A DNA stretch of 62,892 nucleotides from an uncultured Clostridia bacterium (GTDB lineage Bacteria > Bacillota > Clostridia > Christensenellales > UBA3700). The DNA is taken from positions 1 through 62,892 of the forward strand of contig CAMOIC010000004.1 of NCBI GenBank assembly GCA_946615965.1, in the 5' to 3' direction. Positions 1-9,502 of the stretch are shown piece after piece. Below the pieces are notes generated by a model. The model made no database searches and had not been told where the DNA came from. It worked only from the letters and a program-made list of their open reading frames with translations. A program made the translations under genes and the position numbers. Numbering within the stretch: position 1 is the first letter of the stretch; every line of letters begins with the position of its first letter.

Positions 1-46
1 GATAGATTTGATAAATTACTGCGTCTTTATACCATCTTGTTTTCAT
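1..46 (-). CDS. GH13 alpha-amylase-family glycosidase (oligo-1,6-glucosidase/trehalose synthase-like), 5' end only, truncated by window edge
   Basis: Not in ORF track. Minus strand from ATG at 46 reads MKTRWYKDAVIYQIY, the typical GH13 N-terminal motif. G-rich SD-like run and TATAAT lie upstream. Confidence 0.8.
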   Translation of the reverse strand, partial: MKTRWYKDAVIYQIY

Positions 47-84
47 AAATCCCCCCACTTATCCTAATTATAATGCTTGCGCAT

Positions 85-116
85 AAAAAAAAGAAGAGAC
101 TAGCTCTTCTCTTCTT
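85..116 (-). terminator. Probable intrinsic terminator of the TAC operon
   Basis: Minus strand GAAGAG-ctagt-CTCTTC followed by a T run, overlapping the secB-like stop codon. Confidence 0.5.
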
Positions 117-504
117 CAAACAATTTTTCAATGTTAACTACCGGTATAATAAGAGGCGGAATTCCTGTCTGCACAGTTATGGCAGATACTATACTTCTTA
201 AATATGGGAACAAGATCGCAGCTGCCTTCTTGTACGCGATAGACTTATCCTCAATAGTGCTTGTTTTAGCAGAAAACAAACCTGCCAATTCAACAAAAAT
301 AGAGAATGGGAAACTATCGTTTGATTCTATACTAAACGAAAGAACTATCTCGAATTGCTCTGGAGCTATATCACGTACTGATTTTTCTAATTTAGGTTGA
401 ATATCAACTCCTTGCTTGCTTGGTTTATAATTCTCATTCAAAACAAACTCTAATTTTTTTACACGATAATTTATAAAATTTAATACTTTATGCTCTATAT
501 TCAT
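100..504 (-). CDS. SecB-like chaperone (TAC chaperone)
   Basis: SecB-type C-terminal motif AAAILFPYLRSIVSAITVQTGIPPLIIPVVN. Start moved to ATG 504 (MNIEHK), which has AGGA upstream. Confidence 0.85.
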   Translation of the reverse strand: MNIEHKVLNFINYRVKKLEFVLNENYKPSKQGVDIQPKLEKSVRDIAPEQFEIVLSFSIESNDSFPFSIFVELAGLFSAKTSTIEDKSIAYKKAAAILFPYLRSIVSAITVQTGIPPLIIPVVNIEKLFEEEKS

Positions 505-512
505 GTTATTTC

Positions 513-1088
513 CTACCCACAATACGCTATTTCAAATTTATTAAAAATATAATCTTTACTTACTAATTGATTCAACGAAGTATACTCATTTTTACTACCA
601 TACTTAATTGGTTTTATTATTATTTTGGTTTTAGATTGAGATAATCTTGTCTCAATCCTTCTTTGATCAATTTCAGCCAAGTTACCTTTTCTTAGATTAA
701 ATATTTTTCTAAAATTTTCTTCAGATTCCATTTGACGAATAAGATTATCATGAGCTTCGTCTTGAATTGCTCCTCTTTCGTATCTAGTAATCGTCTTATC
801 TCCAAAACCAAGCAACCTCGCAAACTGAACTTGTGTTAAACCATATTTTTGTCTAATTGCCTTAATTTGAGCAGCGGATAATAAGTTATTTCTTCTTCTA
901 TATTCATCATAGAATAGTAATAAGTTTTTAGAATCTTGCTCTTCATCATAAATAGAATCTCCACAGTCCTTACAAAAATATTCGTCGATTGACAACGTAA
1001 TATCTTCTCCTTTGACAGATAGAGTTCTCTCAACGTTCCTTAATTCTACCTCCTTATAATCATCGCATTCTAGACAATACTTATTCAT
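513..1088 (-). CDS. mqsA: MqsA-family antitoxin (zinc ribbon + XRE HTH) with C-terminal extension (putative chaperone-addiction tail)
   Basis: CLEC...CKDC zinc ribbon; IKAIRQKYGLTQVQFARLLGFGDKTITRYERG HTH; ~40-60 aa extra C-terminal tail. Confidence 0.85.
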   Translation of the reverse strand: MNKYCLECDDYKEVELRNVERTLSVKGEDITLSIDEYFCKDCGDSIYDEEQDSKNLLLFYDEYRRRNNLLSAAQIKAIRQKYGLTQVQFARLLGFGDKTITRYERGAIQDEAHDNLIRQMESEENFRKIFNLRKGNLAEIDQRRIETRLSQSKTKIIIKPIKYGSKNEYTSLNQLVSKDYIFNKFEIAYCG

Positions 1089-1108
1089 AACCTATCTCCT
1101 TCAATTCT

Positions 1109-1432
1109 TCAACAATGAAAACTTATCACTACCACTAGTTGTTTGCCTTCTTTATAGCTCATTTTTATATAAACATCTTGGCCGAGCACCCTTTTCTGAA
1201 AAAACCACACATCATCGCTATCCCTACCTTTATCATCCAATTCTGGTCCTCGGAGATAATTCGTCATATTCAGTTCCTGAATCTCATCCCAAACATCATC
1301 TATGGTCATTCCAAGCTTTGCGAGCGTATTCATATTTTCGGTTCTACTCTTAAAGATCCTTCTATTCTTATCTCTAGCCGCTTCTTTCGCTTTTCTTAGA
1401 AAACATATTATTTTTTCATTATTTGAAGTCAC
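1109..1432 (-). CDS. MqsR/RelE-superfamily toxin (putative mRNA interferase)
   Basis: 107 aa; NMNTLAKLGM, YLRGPELD, VWFF, VYIKM, VVVISFH pattern typical of MqsR-like toxins; located upstream of the antitoxin; GTG start with AGGAG SD. Confidence 0.75.
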   Translation of the reverse strand: MTSNNEKIICFLRKAKEAARDKNRRIFKSRTENMNTLAKLGMTIDDVWDEIQELNMTNYLRGPELDDKGRDSDDVWFFQKRVLGQDVYIKMSYKEGKQLVVVISFHC

Positions 1433-1451
1433 GCGTCACTCCTGCATAAAA

Positions 1452-1465
1452 GTATCATATGATAC
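1452..1465. promoter_or_regulatory. Perfect 14-bp palindrome GTATCATATGATAC, candidate antitoxin operator
   Basis: Lies between the minus-strand -10 box (1482-1487) and the toxin RBS. Confidence 0.6.
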
Positions 1466-1481
1466 CTCGTTTTGTATTTTG

Positions 1482-1511
1482 ATTATACATCCGCGTGGTA
1501 TAATAATGCAA
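1482..1511 (-). promoter_or_regulatory. SigA-type promoter of the TAC operon
   Basis: TTGCAT-18 bp-TATAAT on the minus strand. Confidence 0.55.
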
Positions 1512-1557
1512 GTACTTTTGTTTGACTATATTCGTTTTATTTAATTAGAATATAAAC

Positions 1558-3105
1558 ATGAGCGTTTTAACTATTACTAATTTAACCCACATATTCGATA
1601 ACAAGCAGTTATTCTTAGATGCTAACCTAACAGTTAACAATGGTGAGCATATAGGTATTGTCGGATTAAATGGCGCTGGTAAATCTACTTTCATGAACAT
1701 TATTACAGGAAAGTTATCTCAAGATGGCGGCGAGATTAAGTGGCTTAATGGTATTAGATGGGGCTATCTAGACCAACACGCAACAATAGATAAAACACTT
1801 ACTGTTATTGAGTATTTAAAAACTTCATTCCAATATTTATATGATTTAAATGCTTCACTTGAAGAATTATATAAAGAGATGGAAACGGAACTTGATCCAG
1901 ATAAATTAGATGCATTAATTACTAAAACTTCAAAGATGCAAGATAGACTTCAAGATGCTAATTTCTATGACCTTGAAGCAGAGATTAAAAAGGTAGCAAC
2001 AGGCCTTGGTATTCACAACTATGGATACGATACCCCAGTTGCAAACTTATCTGGCGGTCAAAGAGCAAAATTAATGCTAGCAAAGCTTCTTCTTCAAGAT
2101 TTGGATGTAATGCTTCTTGACGAGCCTACAAACTTCCTTGATTTAGAGCAAATTGATTGGTTAAATAAATTCCTTAATTCATTTAAAGGAACATTTATCT
2201 TAATATCTCACGATACTCAATTCTTAAATGATACTTGTAAGATCATAGTCAATATTGAAAACGCACAAATTACAAAATATTGGTGCTCATATAATGAGTA
2301 TTTAGTTCAACATGAACAAAAGGCTCAACAATATGCAGACAACTATGAAAGACAACAAAGAGAAATTAAGAAGATGGAAGAATACATAACTAGAAACAAA
2401 GCACGTGCCGCTACTGCAGGTATGGCAAATTCTAGACAAAAGATGTTAGATAGAATCGAGGTTATGCAAAAACCAGTATATTCTGAAAAGCCATCTTTCA
2501 ACTTCCCTTATGTTTCACTTGTTACAAGACATTTACTTGAAGTAAAAAATCTGGAAATAGGATATAATAATAAAGCAATACTTCCTCCTATCAATATTTC
2601 TATGGCTTCAGATACAAAGCTATGGATTAGAGGAACAAACGGCCTTGGTAAAACTACTTTACTAAAGACATTAATGCACAAATTACCTGCTATAAGTGGA
2701 ACATTTGATTTCCATTTATGCACAAAGATTAACTACGTTGAGCAAGACTTAGAGTTTAGAAGTAAACTTATAAGTGCTACAACTTTTATGAATGAAACTT
2801 ACCCTAGAATGAATGCAAAAGAGATTAGAAGTGAGCTTGCCAAGGTAGGATTAAAGGGAGATTTAGCAACAAAACCAGTTGGAAATCTATCTGGTGGTGA
2901 GCAAGTTAAGATCAAGCTATGCTCTATTATGCAAAAGTCTTCTAACTTATTAATTCTTGATGAACCTACGAACCATCTAGACGTCAATGCAAAAGATGCT
3001 TTATTTGAAGCATTAAAAGATTACGAAGGGGCAATAATATTAGTTACTCACGAACCACAATACGCACAAGACTTATGTAACGAAATATTCGATATTAAAG
3101 AATAA
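1558..3105 (+). CDS. ABC-F family ATPase (two NBDs, no TM segments)
   Basis: GLNGAGKST, LSGGQ, LLDEPTN; GTNGLGKTT, LSGGE, ILDEPTNHLD; inter-ABC linker. Confidence 0.92.
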   Translation: MSVLTITNLTHIFDNKQLFLDANLTVNNGEHIGIVGLNGAGKSTFMNIITGKLSQDGGEIKWLNGIRWGYLDQHATIDKTLTVIEYLKTSFQYLYDLNASLEELYKEMETELDPDKLDALITKTSKMQDRLQDANFYDLEAEIKKVATGLGIHNYGYDTPVANLSGGQRAKLMLAKLLLQDLDVMLLDEPTNFLDLEQIDWLNKFLNSFKGTFILISHDTQFLNDTCKIIVNIENAQITKYWCSYNEYLVQHEQKAQQYADNYERQQREIKKMEEYITRNKARAATAGMANSRQKMLDRIEVMQKPVYSEKPSFNFPYVSLVTRHLLEVKNLEIGYNNKAILPPINISMASDTKLWIRGTNGLGKTTLLKTLMHKLPAISGTFDFHLCTKINYVEQDLEFRSKLISATTFMNETYPRMNAKEIRSELAKVGLKGDLATKPVGNLSGGEQVKIKLCSIMQKSSNLLILDEPTNHLDVNAKDALFEALKDYEGAIILVTHEPQYAQDLCNEIFDIKE

Positions 3106-3159
3106 TATATTGTTTAAATAATATATTTATTAAAAATATAAAATATTTTGGGGATTGTT

Positions 3160-3762
3160 ATGTCAGATTTAAAAAATGCAGAGAATGCTAGAGTTGCTAA
3201 AACAAGGGACGCCATATTTAGAGCTTTTGCTCAATTAGTATTAGAAAAGGAATCACTATACAATATTTCTATAACAGAATTAACACAAAGAGCTAATATC
3301 AATAGAGCTACGTTCTATTTGCACTACAAGACAATATTAGACGTTGTAAGTGATATTGAAAACAATATCGCAGAAGAACTTGAGAGGACATCAAAGCAAT
3401 ATAATATTGCTCAACTACGTGAGGATATGTCTCCTCTAATTGAGAGAATGGCAGAGCTTCTAAGCATTAATCCTCTAATCTCTAAATTGTTCTTAAGCAG
3501 CGAAGGAACTAGATTTGAGATGTCATTATATGAGGCATTCAATGAAATAATTCATGAAAAAGAATTAGAAGAAACTCCAACTATTGATACCATCCAAGAT
3601 GCACAATTAAGAACTGCTTGCAGTTTTATTGTTAGCGGAGTTGTTAGTGCTTATAAAGAATGGTTTAATGATACAAATCCAAATAAAGCTCCAATGGAAA
3701 CTGTTACTAAAACTTTATGCTATATAGTTAATAACGGTATAAAGCAATTCTTAATTTATTAA
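3160..3762 (+). CDS. TetR/AcrR family transcriptional regulator
   Basis: RVAKTRDAI...ISITELTQRANINRATFYLHY N-terminal HTH; ATG at 3160 preferred over TTG at 3148. Confidence 0.88.
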   Translation: MSDLKNAENARVAKTRDAIFRAFAQLVLEKESLYNISITELTQRANINRATFYLHYKTILDVVSDIENNIAEELERTSKQYNIAQLREDMSPLIERMAELLSINPLISKLFLSSEGTRFEMSLYEAFNEIIHEKELEETPTIDTIQDAQLRTACSFIVSGVVSAYKEWFNDTNPNKAPMETVTKTLCYIVNNGIKQFLIY

Positions 3763-3781
3763 TTTTTTTATCACTATAGTC

Positions 3782-3818
3782 AAAAAAAAGGATGTCATCT
3801 CTGACATCCTTGATTTTT
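3782..3818. terminator. Bidirectional intrinsic terminator between tetR and gap
   Basis: AAGGATGTCA-TCTC-TGACATCCTT (3788-3811) flanked by A and T runs. Confidence 0.85.
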
Positions 3819-3837
3819 ACAATTCTTCAATTAGAAC

Positions 3838-4899
3838 TTATTTGTTTAATAACTTTGAGAAGTACTTAATTGTTCTAACCATTTGGCTTGTATATGAGTT
3901 TTCATTATCGTACCAAGAAACAACTTGAACTTGAGTCTTGTCACCCATTGGGATAACCATTGTTTGTGTAGCATCGAATAATGAACCATACTTCATACCG
4001 ATAACGTCTGAAGAAACGATTTCGTCTGAGTTGTATCCGAATGATTCTGTTTGAGCAGCCTTCATAGCAGCGTTGATTTCATCAACTGTAACAGCCTTAT
4101 CAACTACTGCAACTAAGATAGTTGTAGAACCTGTAGCTGTTGGAACTCTTTGAGCTGAACCGATTAACTTACCATTTAATTCTGGGATAACTAAACCGAT
4201 AGCCTTAGCAGCACCTGTTGAGTTTGGAACGATGTTTTGAGCACCAGCTCTAGATCTTCTTAAGTCACCCTTTCTTTGTGGACCATCAAGGATCATTTGG
4301 TCTCCTGTATAAGCATGAACTGTTGTCATGATACCAGCTTCGATTGGAGCTAAATCATTTAAAGCCTTAGCCATTGGAGCTAAGCAGTTTGTTGTACAAG
4401 AAGCAGCAGAGATGATGTTATCATCCTTTGTTAATGTTGTATGGTTAACGTTGTAAACGATTGTTGGTAAATCCTTTCCAGCTGGAGCTGAAATAACAAC
4501 CTTCTTAGCACCTGCATCGATATGAGCTTGTGCCTTTTCCTTAGATGTATAGAAACCTGTACATTCAAGAACTACGTCTACATCAAGAGCCTTCCAAGGA
4601 AGTTCAGCAGCCTTAGCCATAGCGTAGATTGTGATTTCCTTTCCATCAACGATGATAGAACCTGGTGTTACAACTGTCTTTCCGTCTTCAGCTAAAACAG
4701 CATCTTTGTAGTCAACTGTATGACCCATTCTTACATAGTTACCTTGCATTGTGTCATACTTTAATAAGTGTGCTAACATTTTTGGGCTTGTTAAATCGTT
4801 GATAGCAACAACATCAAAACCTTCTGCACCGAACATTTGTCTGAATGCTAAACGACCGATACGTCCAAAACCATTAATTGCAACTCTTACATTTGCCAT
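3838..4899 (-). CDS. gap: Type I glyceraldehyde-3-phosphate dehydrogenase
   Basis: INGFGRIGR; [10 protein letters not shown]; SWYDNE. Confidence 0.98.
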   Translation of the reverse strand: MANVRVAINGFGRIGRLAFRQMFGAEGFDVVAINDLTSPKMLAHLLKYDTMQGNYVRMGHTVDYKDAVLAEDGKTVVTPGSIIVDGKEITIYAMAKAAELPWKALDVDVVLECTGFYTSKEKAQAHIDAGAKKVVISAPAGKDLPTIVYNVNHTTLTKDDNIISAASCTTNCLAPMAKALNDLAPIEAGIMTTVHAYTGDQMILDGPQRKGDLRRSRAGAQNIVPNSTGAAKAIGLVIPELNGKLIGSAQRVPTATGSTTILVAVVDKAVTVDEINAAMKAAQTESFGYNSDEIVSSDVIGMKYGSLFDATQTMVIPMGDKTQVQVVSWYDNENSYTSQMVRTIKYFSKLLNK

Positions 4900-4950
4900 A
4901 ATAATATGTCCTCCATATATAAAATAAATTTTTTGTTTTCAACATTACCT

Positions 4951-4979
4951 ATTGTATCAATATTCAAAATAGTTGGCAA
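4951..4979 (-). promoter_or_regulatory. SigA-type promoter of gap
   Basis: TTGCCA-17 bp-TACAAT. Confidence 0.65.
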
Positions 4980-5005
4980 GTAAAATATATGTGCGCGTAC
5001 TTGTA

Positions 5006-5707
5006 TTATAGGAAGAAATGCTTTTTAAACTCTACTGCTAAAGTATCTCTTCCGAATAATAATCCAACTACAATTGTCACAAATCCTAAGCATGCACAAA
5101 CAATTGATGCAACAACATTAAATCCACATCCCCACATAATTGGGAACCATAATACTTCTACAACTGCTAATCTTGTTGTCTTATATGCATATTTATGCCA
5201 CTTGCCAGATATGAAAATCACAAGAGCAAATGTAAAGTTTAATACTGACATAAATATTGGTGTAATAATTCCAAGTGATACATTTAAAGCGTTTACTGGA
5301 TTATCTACGCCATTAATACCTGTTGCATAGAAATATGCACAAATCAAATTAACAGAAAGTACTATGTAGAAAAAGATTCCATGTAAGGTATCTTCAAATA
5401 TCTTTGGCCAGAAGATATATTGCAAAATTCCAAGCCAAATATATGCAAGTGATGCTAGAGGAATAATTAAGAACACCCACTTTTCTGTAAGCCATGTAGT
5501 AATTCCAAGTGCCATAATAATAACAAATGAAATTGCTGCAAAGATATTTCTTACTAGAACTCTAGCGCTTCTTTTCTTTGTAAAATCAGGATACTCACCT
5601 GCAGCCATAACTGGTGTTGAATTAACAACAGTAGTATGAGCTCCGCATAATGGACAGTTTATCTCATTATCATTTAGTTCAACATTACAATATTTACATG
5701 TTCTCAT
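5006..5707 (-). CDS. Membrane protein with N-terminal zinc ribbon (DUF6320-like)
   Basis: CKYC...CPLC, 5-6 TM segments, C-terminal EFKKHFFL; ATGA overlap with the upstream acyltransferase. Confidence 0.65.
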   Translation of the reverse strand: MRTCKYCNVELNDNEINCPLCGAHTTVVNSTPVMAAGEYPDFTKKRSARVLVRNIFAAISFVIIMALGITTWLTEKWVFLIIPLASLAYIWLGILQYIFWPKIFEDTLHGIFFYIVLSVNLICAYFYATGINGVDNPVNALNVSLGIITPIFMSVLNFTFALVIFISGKWHKYAYKTTRLAVVEVLWFPIMWGCGFNVVASIVCACLGFVTIVVGLLFGRDTLAVEFKKHFFL

Positions 5708-7230
5708 GATCTAACACCTCCATTTCCTTCTACATATACTTCAAGACCTAAATCTGTAAGTTCTCTTGCCATATCTCTTTCAACAGTGCTCTTAACGATT
5801 GATCGAATAAATGTGATGTCACACTTATTATTGAATGTGACAGCAGACATAGAAACGCCGCCCATTATATCATCTTTCATTACGAACTCTAGTCTATCTA
5901 CAATACTCTTTAACTCATCTGGAGCATTAATAACACCTAGATTTGAGAAGACTGTTGTACAACCAACATTACCAATCAGTTTAGATATTGTTTTAATTGC
6001 AAAATCTTTAACCCCTCTTGGCATAGTTCTAATTGCAACATTGTTCTTTAGAGATACGATTTTGTTAATATCACTCTTAAGAGTGTCCTTATCTCTTCCA
6101 GCTTCAATTTGCTTTTTAATTGTATCTATTAATTCTTCTAAAGATAGCTCTACTTCATCTATTCTTACATTAGTAAACAATGAGAAATTTCTTAATGTGT
6201 TTGATGGAAATACACTTCTTAAATTAATAGGTATTTGAACAACATAAGGATTTCTATCTCTATCGTAGAACTTTCTCTTTAAGAAAGCCTTTGTATATAA
6301 AGCTGTTAAAAGCTCAGTAACTGTACAATCATATTTTTTTGCAATCTTTTTAAGTTCTTGAGCATTAACAACTAAGTGTGTGACAATGTTGTCCTTAATT
6401 CTCTTTTCTTTAATGTGATAAGCTTGCTTGAAACTTTCTTGAGATGAGAAACTGCTATTAGTTGCATAAAGTTCATATGCATCCATAATCTCATCCTGAT
6501 TAACAATATCTAAAGCATTTAATGCGTCTTTATAATCGCCAACTTGACCGTATTTTAATTCATAATATCTTGTTAATAAACTAATTAAGAAAATAGTAGA
6601 ACCAAAAGCATCAGATACTGAATGGAACACTTCTACAGAGATTCTTTGATTATCTGCAATTACTCTGAATAAGTAATGCTTGCCATCAAGTTTAATTGGT
6701 CTATTTGGATGTCTATCACTTTGTTCAACTACAGGATATTTTTCCATCCTCTCTAAGTAATACCAGAAGAATCCTTTTTTCAAACAAACCATAAATGTTG
6801 GGAATCGCTCTACCATATCATGCAAAGCATTAGTTAAATTCTCCATATCGATTTCTTCTTTTAATACAGCAGAAACTCTATATACTAAATTCCAATCTCT
6901 TTTTGCTTGTGGTGGATATACTAAAGCGGCACTATCTAATTTGTACCATTCTTTTGTTGTAAGTTTCTTTTTCTCGACAGCTTTAACCTCTTGACCTTTT
7001 GTTGTCATTAACTTAACACGGTCTAAATCTCCGCTTAGTAAAAGGTCATATGAAATGTTAAATAATTGAGTTATTGATTCAAGCTGTTGAATGTCCGGAA
7101 TTGAAGCTCCAAGCTCCCATTTACTTACCGCTTTATCTGAAACCATAAGCTTCTCAGCAAGTTGTGCTTGAGTCAATCCTTCACTTTTTCTAAGTTCTAA
7201 TATTATCTTTCCAATCTTCTCTGAATCCAT
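5704..7230 (-). CDS. XRE HTH fused to alcohol-acetyltransferase-like (CoA-dependent acyltransferase) domain
   Basis: N-terminal LRKSEGLTQAQLAEKLMVSDKAVSKWELG; then WYKLDSAALVYP, VFHSVSDA (HxxxD), PINLRSVFPSNTLRNF, FSNLG. Confidence 0.8.
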   Translation of the reverse strand: MDSEKIGKIILELRKSEGLTQAQLAEKLMVSDKAVSKWELGASIPDIQQLESITQLFNISYDLLLSGDLDRVKLMTTKGQEVKAVEKKKLTTKEWYKLDSAALVYPPQAKRDWNLVYRVSAVLKEEIDMENLTNALHDMVERFPTFMVCLKKGFFWYYLERMEKYPVVEQSDRHPNRPIKLDGKHYLFRVIADNQRISVEVFHSVSDAFGSTIFLISLLTRYYELKYGQVGDYKDALNALDIVNQDEIMDAYELYATNSSFSSQESFKQAYHIKEKRIKDNIVTHLVVNAQELKKIAKKYDCTVTELLTALYTKAFLKRKFYDRDRNPYVVQIPINLRSVFPSNTLRNFSLFTNVRIDEVELSLEELIDTIKKQIEAGRDKDTLKSDINKIVSLKNNVAIRTMPRGVKDFAIKTISKLIGNVGCTTVFSNLGVINAPDELKSIVDRLEFVMKDDIMGGVSMSAVTFNNKCDITFIRSIVKSTVERDMARELTDLGLEVYVEGNGGVRS

Positions 7231-7319
7231 AAATTTCCCCTATTTTGCTAGTAATTTCAAAACTCTACTTCAAGTAGAATTGCCGAAAAATCCAGTAGAA
7301 TTCGGCTCCATTTACAAAA

Positions 7320-7348
7320 ATTATACCACCATAGTACAATAATGTCGA
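7320..7348 (-). promoter_or_regulatory. Promoter of the XRE-acyltransferase gene
   Basis: TCGACA-17 bp-TATAAT, with a TGn extension before -10. Confidence 0.55.
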
Positions 7349-7450
7349 GGATAAGGAATGGCAAACTTAACTCAAAGTAGGAAATTAATTAAGACAACAC
7401 TAATACATAATACACGATAAATTCTATCGTCCCCGCGAGAATTTATCACA

Positions 7451-7486
7451 TAAAAAATAGCAAGCTCTCCGTCTTGCTATTTTTTA
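7451..7486. terminator. Intrinsic terminator downstream of the aminopeptidase
   Basis: TAAAAAATAGCAAG-ctctccgt-CTTGCTATTTTTTA perfect inverted repeat. Confidence 0.85.
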
Positions 7487-7507
7487 TTTTATCAACAATT
7501 TATCAAA

Positions 7508-8626
7508 CTATTTTAAATTCTCTGGATTTAGGCACTTTAATTCGTCTAGAACAAATAGGCCGTCTTTTCTAATTAGAACATCGTCAAAGTAAATCTCGCC
7601 GCCACCATGTTCTTTAGTTTGGTCTAATACTAAATCCCAGTGGATTGAAGATACATTTCCATTCCATGCATCATCATAGCACTCACCTGGCGTAAAGTGA
7701 ATTGAACCAGAGATCTTTTCATCAAATAAAATATCGCCCATTGGCTTAGTTACATAAGGATTTACTCCAAGCGCAAATTCGCCCACATAACGAGCTCCTT
7801 CGTCTGTATCAAATATTTCGTTGATTGCCTTTGTATTGTTCGATGTAGCCTCGATAATCTTGCCATCTTTAAACAGTAAAGATATATCTGTAAATCTTAT
7901 ACCATTTTCTGTTGATGGCACATTATATGAGATTCTACCATTAACACTATCTTTAACAGGAGCTGTATAAACCTCTCCATCTGGAATGTTGCAATCCCCT
8001 GCACATTTAATTGCAGGAATTCCTTTGATTGAGAATGTTAAATCTGTATTTGGAGCTACAATTCTAACTTTATCTGTTCTTTCCATTAATTCAACAAGTG
8101 GAGTCATAGCTTTTTCCATCTTGCTGTAATCTAAATTGCAAACATTGAAATATAAATCCTCAAACGCTTCTGTACTCATAGCGCTCATTGCGCTCATACC
8201 AGGAGTTGGATATCTTAAAATAACCCACTTTGTATGTTTTACTCTTGTTTCTAAATGAACAGGCTTTACATATAATTCTGTATAAACTTTTTGCTTATCT
8301 TGAGGAACATCACTCTTTTCATAAGCGTTATCTCCGCCACGAATACCAATATAAGCATCCATCTTCTTCATTTTATAATCGTCAAAGTCTGCCATCTTCT
8401 TAGCTAAATCTTCTGACATATTTTGAGCTATTTCTCTTTCAATTCTTGGATCTTTATATGTAACGAAAGGATAAGCGCCAACTTTTGTTGCTTCTTGAAT
8501 AATGCAATTAACTAATTGATAATCTACGCCAGACGCATCAATATAAACACTTTCGCCTTTCTTAAGTTTGCACGAATAATTAACAAGATTATGTGCCAAA
8601 GTTCTAATTCTTGGATCTACTAACAT
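7508..8626 (-). CDS. M29-family (thermophilic metalloprotease) aminopeptidase
   Basis: NIPDGEVYTAP; DTDEGARYVGEFALG; LFDEKISGSIHFTPG; SSIHWD. Confidence 0.93.
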   Translation of the reverse strand: MLVDPRIRTLAHNLVNYSCKLKKGESVYIDASGVDYQLVNCIIQEATKVGAYPFVTYKDPRIEREIAQNMSEDLAKKMADFDDYKMKKMDAYIGIRGGDNAYEKSDVPQDKQKVYTELYVKPVHLETRVKHTKWVILRYPTPGMSAMSAMSTEAFEDLYFNVCNLDYSKMEKAMTPLVELMERTDKVRIVAPNTDLTFSIKGIPAIKCAGDCNIPDGEVYTAPVKDSVNGRISYNVPSTENGIRFTDISLLFKDGKIIEATSNNTKAINEIFDTDEGARYVGEFALGVNPYVTKPMGDILFDEKISGSIHFTPGECYDDAWNGNVSSIHWDLVLDQTKEHGGGEIYFDDVLIRKDGLFVLDELKCLNPENLK

Positions 8627-8635
8627 ACCTTCTCC

Positions 8636-9502
8636 TTAAAGACTTGCTGCAAATTTAGTTTCTTCATCTAAACTATCCATATATTCAGGCAATATATCAT
8701 AAATACAAGGTTTTTGCTCTTTTGGTACATTATAATACCTTCTATACTCTTCAATAAACTCTCTTTGTGTAGTTTGTTGCAAATATGTAACATTTTCCTT
8801 TGCAGGTAAATCCTCTTTTGGATATACCGGATCAAGGATAATTATCGAAGCAGTATCCTTAAATCCAAGTTTACTTCTAATGCCTGTTGTAGGTGTCCAT
8901 CTAATATAGATAGGAACAATAGGAGCTTTTTCTTTTACCGCAAATGCAAATGCACCTTTCTTGAAAGGACGAGGCTTTTCATAATGCATCCACATTGCCT
9001 GCTCTGCATAAAATTGAATTACACGACCTTTGCTAATCAATTCATGGAACGCTTTATTCATATTTCTTGCAGCAGATGGAGTACTTGCAAGTGGTAAAAT
9101 TCCGCCAGCACGTAATACATGGCCTGCATATCCTGATTTATTATTGAAATCAGCAACTGTCAAATATACTTTTTTATGATGAACAGCATGTCTTAACATC
9201 AAGCTGTCTAAATACGAACAGTGATTCATAACTGTAAAATAGCCTTGTTTTTCTAAACCTTTTAGTTTCTCCTTGCCGTACACCTTTGCTCCGAACAAAA
9301 TCTTATCAGCCAAAGGACCTAAGAACCATAATAATGTTCTATAAAAAAAACTTGAAACCTTAAATCTCTTACTTTTAGGAATATATTCATATTTCTCATC
9401 CACAGGGATAGTGTGATTATAGTTATATGGAGTTGTAAATGAATCAAATTTTCCTTGAGCTTCTAGTTTTTTATGGATTTCATCCCATCTTGCACTTGCC
9501 AT
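8636..9502 (-). CDS. Lysophospholipid acyltransferase (PlsC-like)
   Basis: NHCSYLD (HxxxxD); FYAEQ; PFKKGAF; PIVP. Confidence 0.85.
   Translation of the reverse strand: MASARWDEIHKKLEAQGKFDSFTTPYNYNHTIPVDEKYEYIPKSKRFKVSSFFYRTLLWFLGPLADKILFGAKVYGKEKLKGLEKQGYFTVMNHCSYLDSLMLRHAVHHKKVYLTVADFNNKSGYAGHVLRAGGILPLASTPSAARNMNKAFHELISKGRVIQFYAEQAMWMHYEKPRPFKKGAFAFAVKEKAPIVPIYIRWTPTTGIRSKLGFKDTASIIILDPVYPKEDLPAKENVTYLQQTTQREFIEEYRRYYNVPKEQKPCIYDILPEYMDSLDEETKFAASL

Noticed and set aside
4660-4710. Short insertion in GAPDH ([14 protein letters not shown])
   Set aside because: Loop-length variation in a variable region; no functional inference possible.
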